From contig JBGULD010000042.1 of assembly GCA_045114745.1 (NCBI GenBank), forward strand, positions 1 to 50,928: a stretch of DNA of 50,928 nt, given 5' to 3'. The notes beneath the pieces are model-generated. The model made no database searches and was not told the origin of the DNA. It saw only the letters and a program-made list of their open reading frames with translations. Made by a program: the position numbers and the translations under genes. The DNA is from Bacilli bacterium. GTDB lineage: Bacteria; Bacillota_I; Bacilli_A; RFN20; CAG-826. Positions 18,589 to 28,066 of the stretch are shown here, one piece after another (the first letter of the stretch is position 1; each line of letters starts with the position of its first letter).

Positions 18589-19980
18589 CTAATGACTGGT
18601 GTACCAATTGCCGTATTGGGAACACAAATTGTACCAGTTTGTAAAGTTAGTTTGTTGTTGATAATTTGGCTTATATAACCATCCATTAGCAGGACAGGCA
18701 ATGCATAAACCACAACCATATGTGTCACTACCATGAACTTCATGGACAACTAATTCACTAACCGCAGAATTTAATTCATTAATTTGTGTTTTGATTGAAG
18801 AATAGCTGCTGTTAGAAGAAAGTGCGGTTAATAATCCTTTTGTACCTGTAAGGTTGTAGATATCACAAACATAATCATTATTTTCGTAATCATAACCATA
18901 TTTTTGCACACTGTTACCTTTGAGAATATTAGCAAAATTATTCCATTTTGATGAAGAAGCGATGACGCCTGACAAACCAGAAGCAAAGTTTTCAAATGCA
19001 GTTTTATATGCACTCATTTTGCTTAAATCTAAAACGGATTGAGTTTGGTCATATGGCCAATAATCCTCATCGTATTTATCCAAGTGATAATAATCGTTAT
19101 ATTCTTTCGCTGCTGCGTTTTGTTCAGCGATGAATGTATCAGCGATTTTATTACAAATAGTTAATGTACTAACATTGGCTGGATCGTTACATAAAGCCGG
19201 TAACCATTGGTCATAATCATAACCACCAGCATATTCACTTTCTTGAGAACAAACCATGTAATTGAAATGATGGCTATTGATTTCCGCGATTTCTTGAACC
19301 GCCATTAAGCAAGCGTCATAAGCGATGAACTCTAAGTTACCAGAAATACCGCAATTCTTTTTGGCGTTTTTCAATGCAATATTGACTTCATTAGCGAGCA
19401 AGCTGTCGTTTGAATATAATTCATCAAAACAGCACCCATCCATCGCACCACCATGATTCCACATGAAGATACCATATTTCTTCGCTGGATAATTTTTGAA
19501 ACCCCATTCTAAGAATTCTTGGAATGTTGTGGATAAGCCCATGTTCTTTTTAATGGTATTACCATCTTTCACTAATTGTTTGTTTTCGACATGCCATCTT
19601 CCCAATTCATTAGACTTGATTTGGGATTTAGCCCATTTAGAACAACCACCGGTTTCTAAAATGATATTCACATTATCAGGTTTGTTGACTTCTAATAATT
19701 CATCAATATCACGAGAAGCATAACCCGCTAAAGTGGTTCCTGGATAACCATAATCGTAAGCATATGGTTTAGTTTCTGGATCATCGAGATAATCCTTACT
19801 CTCTAAATCCGCACCACAAATATAAAACATGATAGTCCATTCTGCTGAAGCGGAAGGATTACCACTGGTAGTATCTGAATTATTATTTTCACTTGAAGTT
19901 GTATTAAAAATATTTGTTGAACAACCAGCAAGGAGCATCGAAGTTGTTAATAAACTAATAGCAATAAGTTTCTTTTTCAT
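18589..19980 (-). CDS. Clostripain-family (C11) cysteine peptidase lipoprotein
   Basis: Lipobox LAGC, WTIMFYICGADLES, catalytic WNHGG and YDACLM. Confidence 0.9.
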   Translation of the reverse strand: MKKKLIAISLLTTSMLLAGCSTNIFNTTSSENNNSDTTSGNPSASAEWTIMFYICGADLESKDYLDDPETKPYAYDYGYPGTTLAGYASRDIDELLEVNKPDNVNIILETGGCSKWAKSQIKSNELGRWHVENKQLVKDGNTIKKNMGLSTTFQEFLEWGFKNYPAKKYGIFMWNHGGAMDGCCFDELYSNDSLLANEVNIALKNAKKNCGISGNLEFIAYDACLMAVQEIAEINSHHFNYMVCSQESEYAGGYDYDQWLPALCNDPANVSTLTICNKIADTFIAEQNAAAKEYNDYYHLDKYDEDYWPYDQTQSVLDLSKMSAYKTAFENFASGLSGVIASSSKWNNFANILKGNSVQKYGYDYENNDYVCDIYNLTGTKGLLTALSSNSSYSSIKTQINELNSAVSELVVHEVHGSDTYGCGLCIACPANGWLYKPNYQQQTNFTNWYNLCSQYGNWYTSH

Positions 19981-20129
19981 ATCTTTCCCCCTTGTTCGGA
20001 AATAATACTTTACTTTATATAAAATAATAAGTAAACAAAAATATCAATACCCCACAAAGATTTGTCGATGCGGTCAAGTTATTAAATATTTTGTCCATCA
20101 CGCTTTGCATTATTATTTATAAATAACAA

Positions 20130-20158
20130 TTGACAAGTTCGCATACGAACTATATCAT
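20130..20158 (+). promoter_or_regulatory. Sigma-A promoter with a palindromic operator in the spacer (probable MarR site)
   Basis: TTGACA(20130)-17 bp-TATCAT(20153); AGTTCG-cata-CGAACT at 20136-20151. Confidence 0.8.
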
Positions 20159-20168
20159 AATTTAAGTT

Positions 20169-20624
20169 ATGAAAAACGTTAATCAAAAAGAGAACTTCTT
20201 TTACCTTATTAAGTATTTACAAAAACTTATCGAGCAAGATTTAGATTCTCGTTTAGCTTTGTATGACCTAACAGGTCAACAAGGTCGAGTCCTCTTCTTT
20301 ATTATTCGAAAGACGGAACAAGATAAGATGGAAGTTCATCAAAACGACATTGAAAATGAATTCCATTTGTCAAAATCTACAGTCAGTGGTCTAGTCAAAA
20401 GGATGGAAAAGAAAGATATCATTTCTATCGAAAAACAACATCCATATGCCATATTAAAACCTACTGATAAAGCAAGAGATATATTATGTCACTTAGACCA
20501 CCACCGCGAAGATGCAATTAAACAACTACTAAGCGGTGTGGATGAAAAAGATAAAGAAATCACGCTAAAAACAATTAACAAATTCATAGATAACATGGAA
20601 AGGGAGGAGAAAGATGAAGAATAA
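20169..20624 (+). CDS. MarR-family transcriptional regulator
   Basis: LTGQQGRVL, QNDIENEFHLSKSTVSGLVKRMEKK winged HTH; overlaps the start of the ABC exporter. Confidence 0.9.
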   Translation: MKNVNQKENFFYLIKYLQKLIEQDLDSRLALYDLTGQQGRVLFFIIRKTEQDKMEVHQNDIENEFHLSKSTVSGLVKRMEKKDIISIEKQHPYAILKPTDKARDILCHLDHHREDAIKQLLSGVDEKDKEITLKTINKFIDNMEREEKDEE

Positions 20625-22452
20625 AATTAAACTCATTTTGAAAAGTCTGAGACAATACAAAAGAGCAGCTTTAATCACTCCTATTTTCATGGTCATTGAA
20701 GCGGCTTTAGAATGTGCCTTACCATTCGTCATGTCAATGTTCGTGGATACGATTGAATATATCAGTAAACCAGAAGACATTATGACTCCTTTCCCATATC
20801 AAAACCAGAACTTTGGAATGGATTTCAAAATCTCCTTGTTCTGGTTAATCATCATCTTAGTGGGCATGGCCTTAGTATCATTATCATGTGGTATTCTAGG
20901 TGGTGTCTTTGGTTCCAAAGCCAGTGTCGGTTTAGCTTCTAATTTAAGAAGTGATCTATATAAGAAATTAGAATCATTTAGCTTTGCTAACATCGATAAA
21001 TTCTCTGCGTCCAGTTTAGTCACTAGAATGACCACTGATGTATCAAGTGTACAAATGGCCTTTATGATGATGATTCGTATCGTTGTTCGCGCACCGTTAA
21101 TGATGATATTCTCCGCAGTCATGGCCTTTATTGCTGGTGGCCAAATGGCGTGGATATTTATCATCCTCATTCCAGTCATTGGATTCTTCTTGTTCTTAAT
21201 TATTAGATCCGCGATGAAAATCTTTAGAAGATTATTTAAGAGATACGATTTGCTCAATGAATCAGTCCAAGAAAACGTCTCCGGTATGAGAGTTGTTAAA
21301 TCATATGTGAGAGAAGACTATGAAAAGAAGAAATTCAATTCCGCTTCTGATGGCATGACTGGTGAATTCATCCATGCTGAAAAGATTGTGGCTTTGAATA
21401 ACCCAGTGATGAACACCGCGATTCACTTATCCAATGTTTTAATCATCGGTATCGGCGCTTCTATTATCGCTAAGAGTGCTTCCTATGATACTGAAAGTCA
21501 ACAAATCAATTGGGGTGGACAATTATCAATTGGTCAAATGTCATCCCTATTAACATATGGTATTCAAATATTGATGTCCCTCATGATGATATCCATGATT
21601 ATGGTCATGCTTGTCATGTCTCTTGAGGCGATTAGAAGAATTGGTGAGGTCCTTGAAGAAGTACCCACAATCAAGAACTGCAAGGATCCACTTTACGAAG
21701 TTAAAGATGGTTCAGTCGACTTCAACAACGTCATCTTTAAATATTCCAAACACGCTGAGAAAAATACCTTAGAAAATCTCAATATTCACATAAAAAGTGG
21801 CCAATTTGTAGGGATTTTGGGTTCAACCGGTAGCGGAAAGACATCTTTAGTGAATCTCATTTCTCGTCTTTATGATATTGAAGACGGCGAGCTTTTAGTC
21901 GCGGGTGAAGATGTCAAAAAATATGACCTTGAAACCCTTAGAAATAGTGTCGCTGTCGTCTTGCAAAAGAACTTCTTATTCTCCGGAACAATCGCTGAGA
22001 ATTTAAGATGGGGTGATATCAACGCGACCGAAGAAGAAATGAAAGCGGCATGTCAAATTGCGCAAGCTGAAGAGTTCATCGAATCATTCCCTGATGGCTA
22101 TAACACCAGAATTGAACAAGGTGGTTCGAACGTTTCAGGCGGTCAAAAGCAAAGACTATGTATCGCTCGTGCGCTACTAAAGAAACCAAAGATATTAATT
22201 CTCGATGACTCCACTTCCGCGGTAGACACCAAGACCGATAGATTAATTAGAAGAGGACTTAAAAACGATTTACCAGAGACCACAAAGATTGTTATTGCTC
22301 AAAGAATCTCTTCTATTGAAGATGCTGATCAAATCATCATTATGGAAGACGGCCATATCGACGCCATCGGAACTCATGATGAATTATTAAAGAATAATCA
22401 CATCTACCAAGAAATCTACTACACACAAAATAGAGTGGGAGGTGATAAATAA
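20614..22452 (+). CDS. Heterodimeric ABC exporter, TMD-NBD subunit A
   Basis: TM domain; GSTGSGKT, VSGGQKQR, non-canonical Walker B ILDDS and AQR switch. Confidence 0.92.
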   Translation: MKNKIKLILKSLRQYKRAALITPIFMVIEAALECALPFVMSMFVDTIEYISKPEDIMTPFPYQNQNFGMDFKISLFWLIIILVGMALVSLSCGILGGVFGSKASVGLASNLRSDLYKKLESFSFANIDKFSASSLVTRMTTDVSSVQMAFMMMIRIVVRAPLMMIFSAVMAFIAGGQMAWIFIILIPVIGFFLFLIIRSAMKIFRRLFKRYDLLNESVQENVSGMRVVKSYVREDYEKKKFNSASDGMTGEFIHAEKIVALNNPVMNTAIHLSNVLIIGIGASIIAKSASYDTESQQINWGGQLSIGQMSSLLTYGIQILMSLMMISMIMVMLVMSLEAIRRIGEVLEEVPTIKNCKDPLYEVKDGSVDFNNVIFKYSKHAEKNTLENLNIHIKSGQFVGILGSTGSGKTSLVNLISRLYDIEDGELLVAGEDVKKYDLETLRNSVAVVLQKNFLFSGTIAENLRWGDINATEEEMKAACQIAQAEEFIESFPDGYNTRIEQGGSNVSGGQKQRLCIARALLKKPKILILDDSTSAVDTKTDRLIRRGLKNDLPETTKIVIAQRISSIEDADQIIIMEDGHIDAIGTHDELLKNNHIYQEIYYTQNRVGGDK

Positions 22453-24419
22453 TGCCTCCAATTAGAATTAGAGAAAGAAAGAGAGCCAAAAAAGGCACTC
22501 TTAAGAGATTAGTTAAAGAATTATTCAAGAGATATCCTGCTCAATTAATCATCAGTGCTCTTTGTATTGTCTTTAACATTTTCGCGAACTTGAGTTCATC
22601 AATGTTCATGAACTTCGTCACCACTATTTTGACCAAAGCCATTATCGAAGGTGGTAATCCACTTACCGGTTCTTATGAAGCAATGGCAATGGGTATTACA
22701 TTAAGAACTAATGTTACTGTCTTATTATTAACACTTATTGGTATTTACACCTTTGGTGTCTTCGCTTCCTGGTTCTGGAATAGAACTATGGCGATTGTCA
22801 CACAAAAATTCATGAATGTCTTCCGCAAGGCGATGTTCAATCACATGCAAGATTTACCAATTAGATATTTTGACACTCACGCTCATGGTGCGATTATGTC
22901 CATCTACACAAACGACATCGACACCATTAGACAATTTATTTCTCAAGCTATGCCAACATCATTAAGTGCAGGTCTAGCGGTTGTCTTCTCATTTATCGTT
23001 ATGCTCTTGAATAGTGTCTGGATGACTTTAGTGGTTATCTTCTGCGCATTCATGATGTTCTTAAATACCACTCTCATCGGTGGAAGAGCGAGCAAATACT
23101 TCATTAGACAACAAAGACAAGTGGCAACTGTGGAAGGCGACATCGAAGAAACCATACAAGGCTTAAAAGTCATCAAGGTCTTCTCACATGAAGAAAAATC
23201 TGCCGAAGCGTTTGATGAAAAGAATGAACAATTAAGAAAATATGCCACCACCGCTAATATTGCGGGTAATACTATGGGACCAATTAATGGTAATATCGGT
23301 AACTTCATGTATGTCTTAACCGCAATTATGGGTGTCTTAATCTTGGTTATTCCAGGATTTAAAAACTTAACACTCACCTATTACGGCAATATTGAAAAAG
23401 AAACATTCTATGGTGTCATCGTTTCCTTCTTAATGCTTTCAAGAATGTTCTCTAACAACATCAATAACTTCTCACAACAAGTGACATTCATCGTCATGGG
23501 TATGGCGGGTGCTTCTCGTTGCTTTGATTTATTAGATGAGCAAAAAGAAAAGGATGAAGGCTATGTCACTTTAGTGCATATCAAAAAACATCCTGACGGA
23601 ACATTCGTAGAAACAAATGAATGTACCAGAGACTTTGCTTGGAAACATCCACATAAGTCCGATGGTTCAACCACATACACCGAGCTCAAAGGTGATATCG
23701 TCTTAACGGATGTTGACTTTGCTTATAATCCAGATAAAATCGTCTTACATAATGTTTCTATTTATGCTCATCCAGGACAAAAGATTGCCTTTGTCGGTGC
23801 CACAGGTGCTGGTAAGACCACAATTACCAACTTGTTAAATCGTTTTTATGACATTGCAGACGGCAAAATCAGATACGATGGCATAAATATTAATAAAATT
23901 AAGAAAGATGACTTACGTCGTTCATTAGGCATTGTTTTACAAGATACAAACTTATTCACCGGAACCGTTATGGAAAACATTCGTTATGGAAGACTAGACG
24001 CCACTGATGAAGAAGTTTATGAAGCCGCGAAGATTGCTAATGCTTATGATTTCATCACTAGATTGCCAGAAGGTTTCAATACCAAACTCACAGCGAATGG
24101 TTCTAATTTGTCACAAGGACAAAGACAATTATTATCCATCGCTAGAGCGGCGGTTGCGGATGCCCCTGTTATGATTCTTGATGAAGCGACATCTTCTATC
24201 GATACTAGAACGGAAAAATTAGTGCAACAAGGCACTGATAAATTGATGGAAGGAAGAACGGTCTTTGTCATCGCTCATAGATTATCGACAGTTCAAAATA
24301 GCGATGCGATTATGGTTTTGGATCATGGACGCATCATCGAACGCGGTAATCACAAAGAATTAATTGCCCAAAAAGGTGTGTATTATCAGTTATACACCGG
24401 TGCATTCGAATTAGAATAG
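22452..24419 (+). CDS. Heterodimeric ABC exporter, TMD-NBD subunit B
   Basis: GATGAGKT, LSQGQRQ, ILDEAT, AHRLST; TAATG stop/start coupling with subunit A. Confidence 0.92.
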   Translation: MPPIRIRERKRAKKGTLKRLVKELFKRYPAQLIISALCIVFNIFANLSSSMFMNFVTTILTKAIIEGGNPLTGSYEAMAMGITLRTNVTVLLLTLIGIYTFGVFASWFWNRTMAIVTQKFMNVFRKAMFNHMQDLPIRYFDTHAHGAIMSIYTNDIDTIRQFISQAMPTSLSAGLAVVFSFIVMLLNSVWMTLVVIFCAFMMFLNTTLIGGRASKYFIRQQRQVATVEGDIEETIQGLKVIKVFSHEEKSAEAFDEKNEQLRKYATTANIAGNTMGPINGNIGNFMYVLTAIMGVLILVIPGFKNLTLTYYGNIEKETFYGVIVSFLMLSRMFSNNINNFSQQVTFIVMGMAGASRCFDLLDEQKEKDEGYVTLVHIKKHPDGTFVETNECTRDFAWKHPHKSDGSTTYTELKGDIVLTDVDFAYNPDKIVLHNVSIYAHPGQKIAFVGATGAGKTTITNLLNRFYDIADGKIRYDGININKIKKDDLRRSLGIVLQDTNLFTGTVMENIRYGRLDATDEEVYEAAKIANAYDFITRLPEGFNTKLTANGSNLSQGQRQLLSIARAAVADAPVMILDEATSSIDTRTEKLVQQGTDKLMEGRTVFVIAHRLSTVQNSDAIMVLDHGRIIERGNHKELIAQKGVYYQLYTGAFELE

Positions 24420-24468
24420 ACGCTTTTTGCGTCTTTCTTTTTGAATAATAATATTTAGAATTATAGAT

Positions 24469-25326
24469 ATGGAAGAAAAATCCCATTCCCCAACGTTTAA
24501 GGTAATCGCAGTACTCGCCACTATTTTCGCGGTAGTCATTTGTACCACGATTTATTTAGCTATCAGACAAGGTGGAAATTTAAAAACATTGCTTGGTGTA
24601 ACATCTTTTATTGCCGCTGGAATATTTAGCATTATCTTTTTCGTCATTCAACTTCCAATTCTAATTATCACTTTAACGAAATATCCAAAAGAAAAAGGGT
24701 TCCTTAAATCAATGTCAGAAGGAAAACCATTTTTCACCAGCATCATTTCCGCAGATTTAAATTTTGTCTTTGCGGTCATGTATATAGTGATTGCCTTCAT
24801 TAATGACAGCTATTTCTATATTTTGTTAGCCATATTCTATTTTGGAATATTAGTGTTACGCCTTTATATTGCCTCTGCGGTATTTGAAACTAATCAAAAG
24901 AGAATTGCGAATATCTTCATCCTTATTTCTATCGGAATCATGATATTAGGAATATTCATGTCTTGGATTGTTTATTATGCGATTAAAACTGATTTCGTCT
25001 TTATCAAAAGTAGAACCCTCTTCATATTCAACATCAGTATCACTGCGTTTAAATTAGTCACAACACTAATATCTCTTATTAAGAGCAATATTCAAAGATC
25101 GTTCCTTAGAGCGTGTATTTCTTTAATCGGTTTATCATTTATTATCTTTACCGCTTTCACCATCCATATCGCTTTTATCAGTCTTATTGATAGGCCAAAT
25201 AACTTTATGGTGGGTGTAGTTAACTTCTCATTCGCATCACTTATCTTCCTCGTGGGATTAATAAGTCTTATTAGAAGCATAGTTCTTAAAAAGAAAACTC
25301 ATGAACCAAGTCATGAGTCTATGTAA
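24469..25326 (+). CDS. Hypothetical polytopic membrane protein
   Basis: About 8 hydrophobic segments; no recognised motif. Confidence 0.7.
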   Translation: MEEKSHSPTFKVIAVLATIFAVVICTTIYLAIRQGGNLKTLLGVTSFIAAGIFSIIFFVIQLPILIITLTKYPKEKGFLKSMSEGKPFFTSIISADLNFVFAVMYIVIAFINDSYFYILLAIFYFGILVLRLYIASAVFETNQKRIANIFILISIGIMILGIFMSWIVYYAIKTDFVFIKSRTLFIFNISITAFKLVTTLISLIKSNIQRSFLRACISLIGLSFIIFTAFTIHIAFISLIDRPNNFMVGVVNFSFASLIFLVGLISLIRSIVLKKKTHEPSHESM

Positions 25327-27732
25327 TTATTTCTTTGTTAATTGTTTAATTGCTTTGAATATCTTTCCATTTGCTAAATCCACTAAGCCAAGCGCTTTTT
25401 GATATGGAAGCAAGCCGGAAGAAGAGAATGAGAGACTTCTTAAACAATTCACCAAGATCATCTTCTTTAAGAATGTGCCTTCTTTAATCTTTCTGATCTT
25501 TTCAACTTCATCTTTTTCTTTATCAGCTTGTTTAATAATCTTATCGCCTTGTTTGGTCATCTCTTTTTGAATGATTCTTCCAAAGAAAGAATCTAATTCA
25601 CAAATCGGAGTTTCGATTGTAAAAGGCTTTTTGGCTTTTTGATAATCAGGAATCTTTCTTCCAATAAGCATTTCAAATTTTTCTTTATTCCTTTTATCAA
25701 TATTAATGAGATTCAAATATTCATTTTCCATTAAGTCAGGTTCAAGTTCTTCACCTTTAACACGGACATGCACTTTGTCTATAGAGTGTTCAATGCTTTC
25801 TGATAGATAAATGATATATTCACCATCTTCAATCTTATCTAAACCACTGTTTGTTTCATAAACAGCAAGATCTTTCATGTTGATGATGATTTTTCCTTCT
25901 TTTGTCTCATTAGGTTGAAGGTCAATTCTGGCATAACCTTTGAGTTCTTTTTCTGGTCTTCTAATCACGCTGTCGGGCTTGCTGATATATATTTGCGCAA
26001 TCGCGGATAATGGGATTTCGCTACCATTTTTCACCGCAAAAGTGACATCAATTTGCTGTTTTTCCACTTTTGCATGTAAATTCGATAGTTTATATTTCCC
26101 ATATGTTAAACCATAGCCAAACGGGAATAAAACTTCTCTTCTCACGGTGTGGAAGAAACGATATCCAACATAAATAGATTCCTTATATAACTCGTTAGGT
26201 GTAACTGTATATTCTTCCGCGAACGGGATATCTAAATAACTCTTAGCCCAAGTTTGTGTTAATTTGCCGCTTGGTGAAACTTCTCCAAATAGTAATTTAA
26301 ATAAAGCTTGTCCACCACGTTCACCAGGAAGACCCATGAACAACATCGCATCAATTCGATCAACGTGTGGAATTTCAAATGAAGAACCGCCATACATAAT
26401 AAAGACAATCTTTTTATTTAAGGCCACCAATCTTTCAATAAGGTGAATTTGGTTAGCGTCGAGTTTCATATTGTCACGGTCGAAACCTTCAGACTCGGAA
26501 GAATCAGAAAGACCACCGAAGAATAAAACCATATCAGTACCTTCTGCTAATTTGATGGCTTCATCTTCTAATGCTGGATTAACTCTAGTATCTATCTGGC
26601 TATAACCTTGTGCGTATATATATTGAACTTGTCCTTCTTCAAAAGCTTTCTTATTACTGATAACTCCACGAGCATCGATAAATGCAGAACCACCACCTTG
26701 GAATCTGAGATTCTCAAACAAGTCACCGATGATGACATATTTTTTATCTAAAGATAAAGGTAGAATATTTTCGTTATTTTTGAGAAGCACAGCACCTTCA
26801 AGTGCACCTTTTAAGCAAGCTTCTTTGCTCTTATCAAAAATAGTTTTATCTTCTAATTTCTCAATACGAGTCTTATCAATCGCGGTTAATATTCTTCTTA
26901 CTGATTCATCAACAGTTTCCATGCTAATGAGACCACTATTAACACCATCGATAATCTTTTGAATGTTCTCATTAACCATTCCAGGCATTTCTAAATCTTG
27001 ACCAGCATTAAGGGCTAAATCACGATTGACCATTCCACCCCAGTCGCAAACTGTCAAACCATCATATTTAAACTTATTTCTTAATCGATCATTAATCAAA
27101 TATTCATTTTGACTAGCGAATGCTCCATTGATTTGATTATAGGAAGTCATTAACATTCCGGGATTGGATTCTCTAATCGCGATTTCAAAACCTTTAATAT
27201 AGATTTCATTTAATGCACGTAAATCAACAATGGAATCGCCCACATATCTCCACTTTTCAAGATTGTTACAGGCATAATGTTTAATACACGCTAAAACACC
27301 ATTGTCTTGGACACCCTTGATGTAATAAGAAGATAAATATCCCGCTAACAATGGATCTTCACTTAAATATTCAAAGTTTCTTCCACAAAGTGGGTTTCTT
27401 TTAATGTTAATAGCAGGACCTAATATTGCATTGATGTTAAAGTAACGACATTCTAAAGCAATTGATTGACCAATTTCATAGAACAAATTGTTATCCCAAG
27501 AATTAGAAATTGTACTGCCAGAAGGAAAACAAGTTTCAGCAACATCTTGATATGAAGGATCGGTCGCTAAAGTCTTATCGCTCCACTTTCTCACCCCGTT
27601 AGGACCATCACTCATAAGTAAAGATGGAATATCTAAATTCGGGAACGGTTTGGTTCTCATATTAGAGAACCCGACAAGTAGCGAGGCCTTATCTTCTAAG
27701 GTCATTTTGGAAATTAAATCTTTATAGTCCAT
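25327..27732 (-). CDS. GH3 beta-glucosidase-family glycoside hydrolase (no signal peptide)
   Basis: SDGPNGVR, RNPLCGRNFEYLSEDP, KHYACN, nucleophile CDWGG, ESEGFDR, PSGKL, VGYR, FPFGYGL. Confidence 0.93.
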   Translation of the reverse strand: MDYKDLISKMTLEDKASLLVGFSNMRTKPFPNLDIPSLLMSDGPNGVRKWSDKTLATDPSYQDVAETCFPSGSTISNSWDNNLFYEIGQSIALECRYFNINAILGPAINIKRNPLCGRNFEYLSEDPLLAGYLSSYYIKGVQDNGVLACIKHYACNNLEKWRYVGDSIVDLRALNEIYIKGFEIAIRESNPGMLMTSYNQINGAFASQNEYLINDRLRNKFKYDGLTVCDWGGMVNRDLALNAGQDLEMPGMVNENIQKIIDGVNSGLISMETVDESVRRILTAIDKTRIEKLEDKTIFDKSKEACLKGALEGAVLLKNNENILPLSLDKKYVIIGDLFENLRFQGGGSAFIDARGVISNKKAFEEGQVQYIYAQGYSQIDTRVNPALEDEAIKLAEGTDMVLFFGGLSDSSESEGFDRDNMKLDANQIHLIERLVALNKKIVFIMYGGSSFEIPHVDRIDAMLFMGLPGERGGQALFKLLFGEVSPSGKLTQTWAKSYLDIPFAEEYTVTPNELYKESIYVGYRFFHTVRREVLFPFGYGLTYGKYKLSNLHAKVEKQQIDVTFAVKNGSEIPLSAIAQIYISKPDSVIRRPEKELKGYARIDLQPNETKEGKIIINMKDLAVYETNSGLDKIEDGEYIIYLSESIEHSIDKVHVRVKGEELEPDLMENEYLNLINIDKRNKEKFEMLIGRKIPDYQKAKKPFTIETPICELDSFFGRIIQKEMTKQGDKIIKQADKEKDEVEKIRKIKEGTFLKKMILVNCLRSLSFSSSGLLPYQKALGLVDLANGKIFKAIKQLTKK

Positions 27733-27841
27733 ACGGAATAATAATAAGAGAAAACACTATTTATTTCCATAACAATGAAATATATCAAAATAAAAAATAG
27801 TTTGTTCAATTCAGTATTTTTTGCCGAAAAGTAATTAGTTA

Positions 27842-27871
27842 TTGATATATTTCCTGCGTTTGTGCTAGATT
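27842..27871 (+). promoter_or_regulatory. Probable promoter of the ABC importer leader
   Basis: TTGATA-18 bp-TAGATT with extended -10 TG. Confidence 0.55.
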
Positions 27872-27886
27872 AATGGCAAGTAAATT

Positions 27887-27946
27887 ATGAAGAGAAACGC
27901 ATTCTATTACTTTTATAGCTTTTATTTCCCAAGAGACAATCGATAA
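27887..27946 (+). CDS. Putative Phe/Tyr-rich attenuator leader peptide MKRNAFYYFYSFYFPRDNR
   Basis: 8 of 9 consecutive codons are Phe or Tyr; lies upstream of competing hairpins, a terminator and an aromatic-amino-acid-type ABC importer. Confidence 0.75.
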   Translation: MKRNAFYYFYSFYFPRDNR

Positions 27947-28017
27947 TATCTTGGCCTTTTAGCTATAAGGTGTTGTTGATTGAAATAAATACAGCACCGA
28001 ATAAAGATGAGAGAATT

Positions 28018-28049
28018 GTTTGGTGCGAGCAACACCAAACTTTTTATTT
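28018..28049 (+). terminator. Leader (attenuator) terminator
   Basis: gtttggtg-cgagcaa-caccaaac-tttttattt immediately before SD AAGGAG (28052) and ATG 28067. Confidence 0.85.
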
Positions 28050-28066
28050 CAAAGGAGATTAACATT

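Noticed and set aside
27880-28050. T-box riboswitch upstream of the ABC importer
   Set aside because: No GGTGGNACC T-box sequence or recognisable stem I; the leader-peptide model fits better.
28007-28066. N-terminal extensions in the ORF track (also lysS 4129, dusB 5239, HIT 42933, 37786)
   Set aside because: Downstream ATGs have SDs or match family N-termini; several extensions run through terminators or neighbouring genes.
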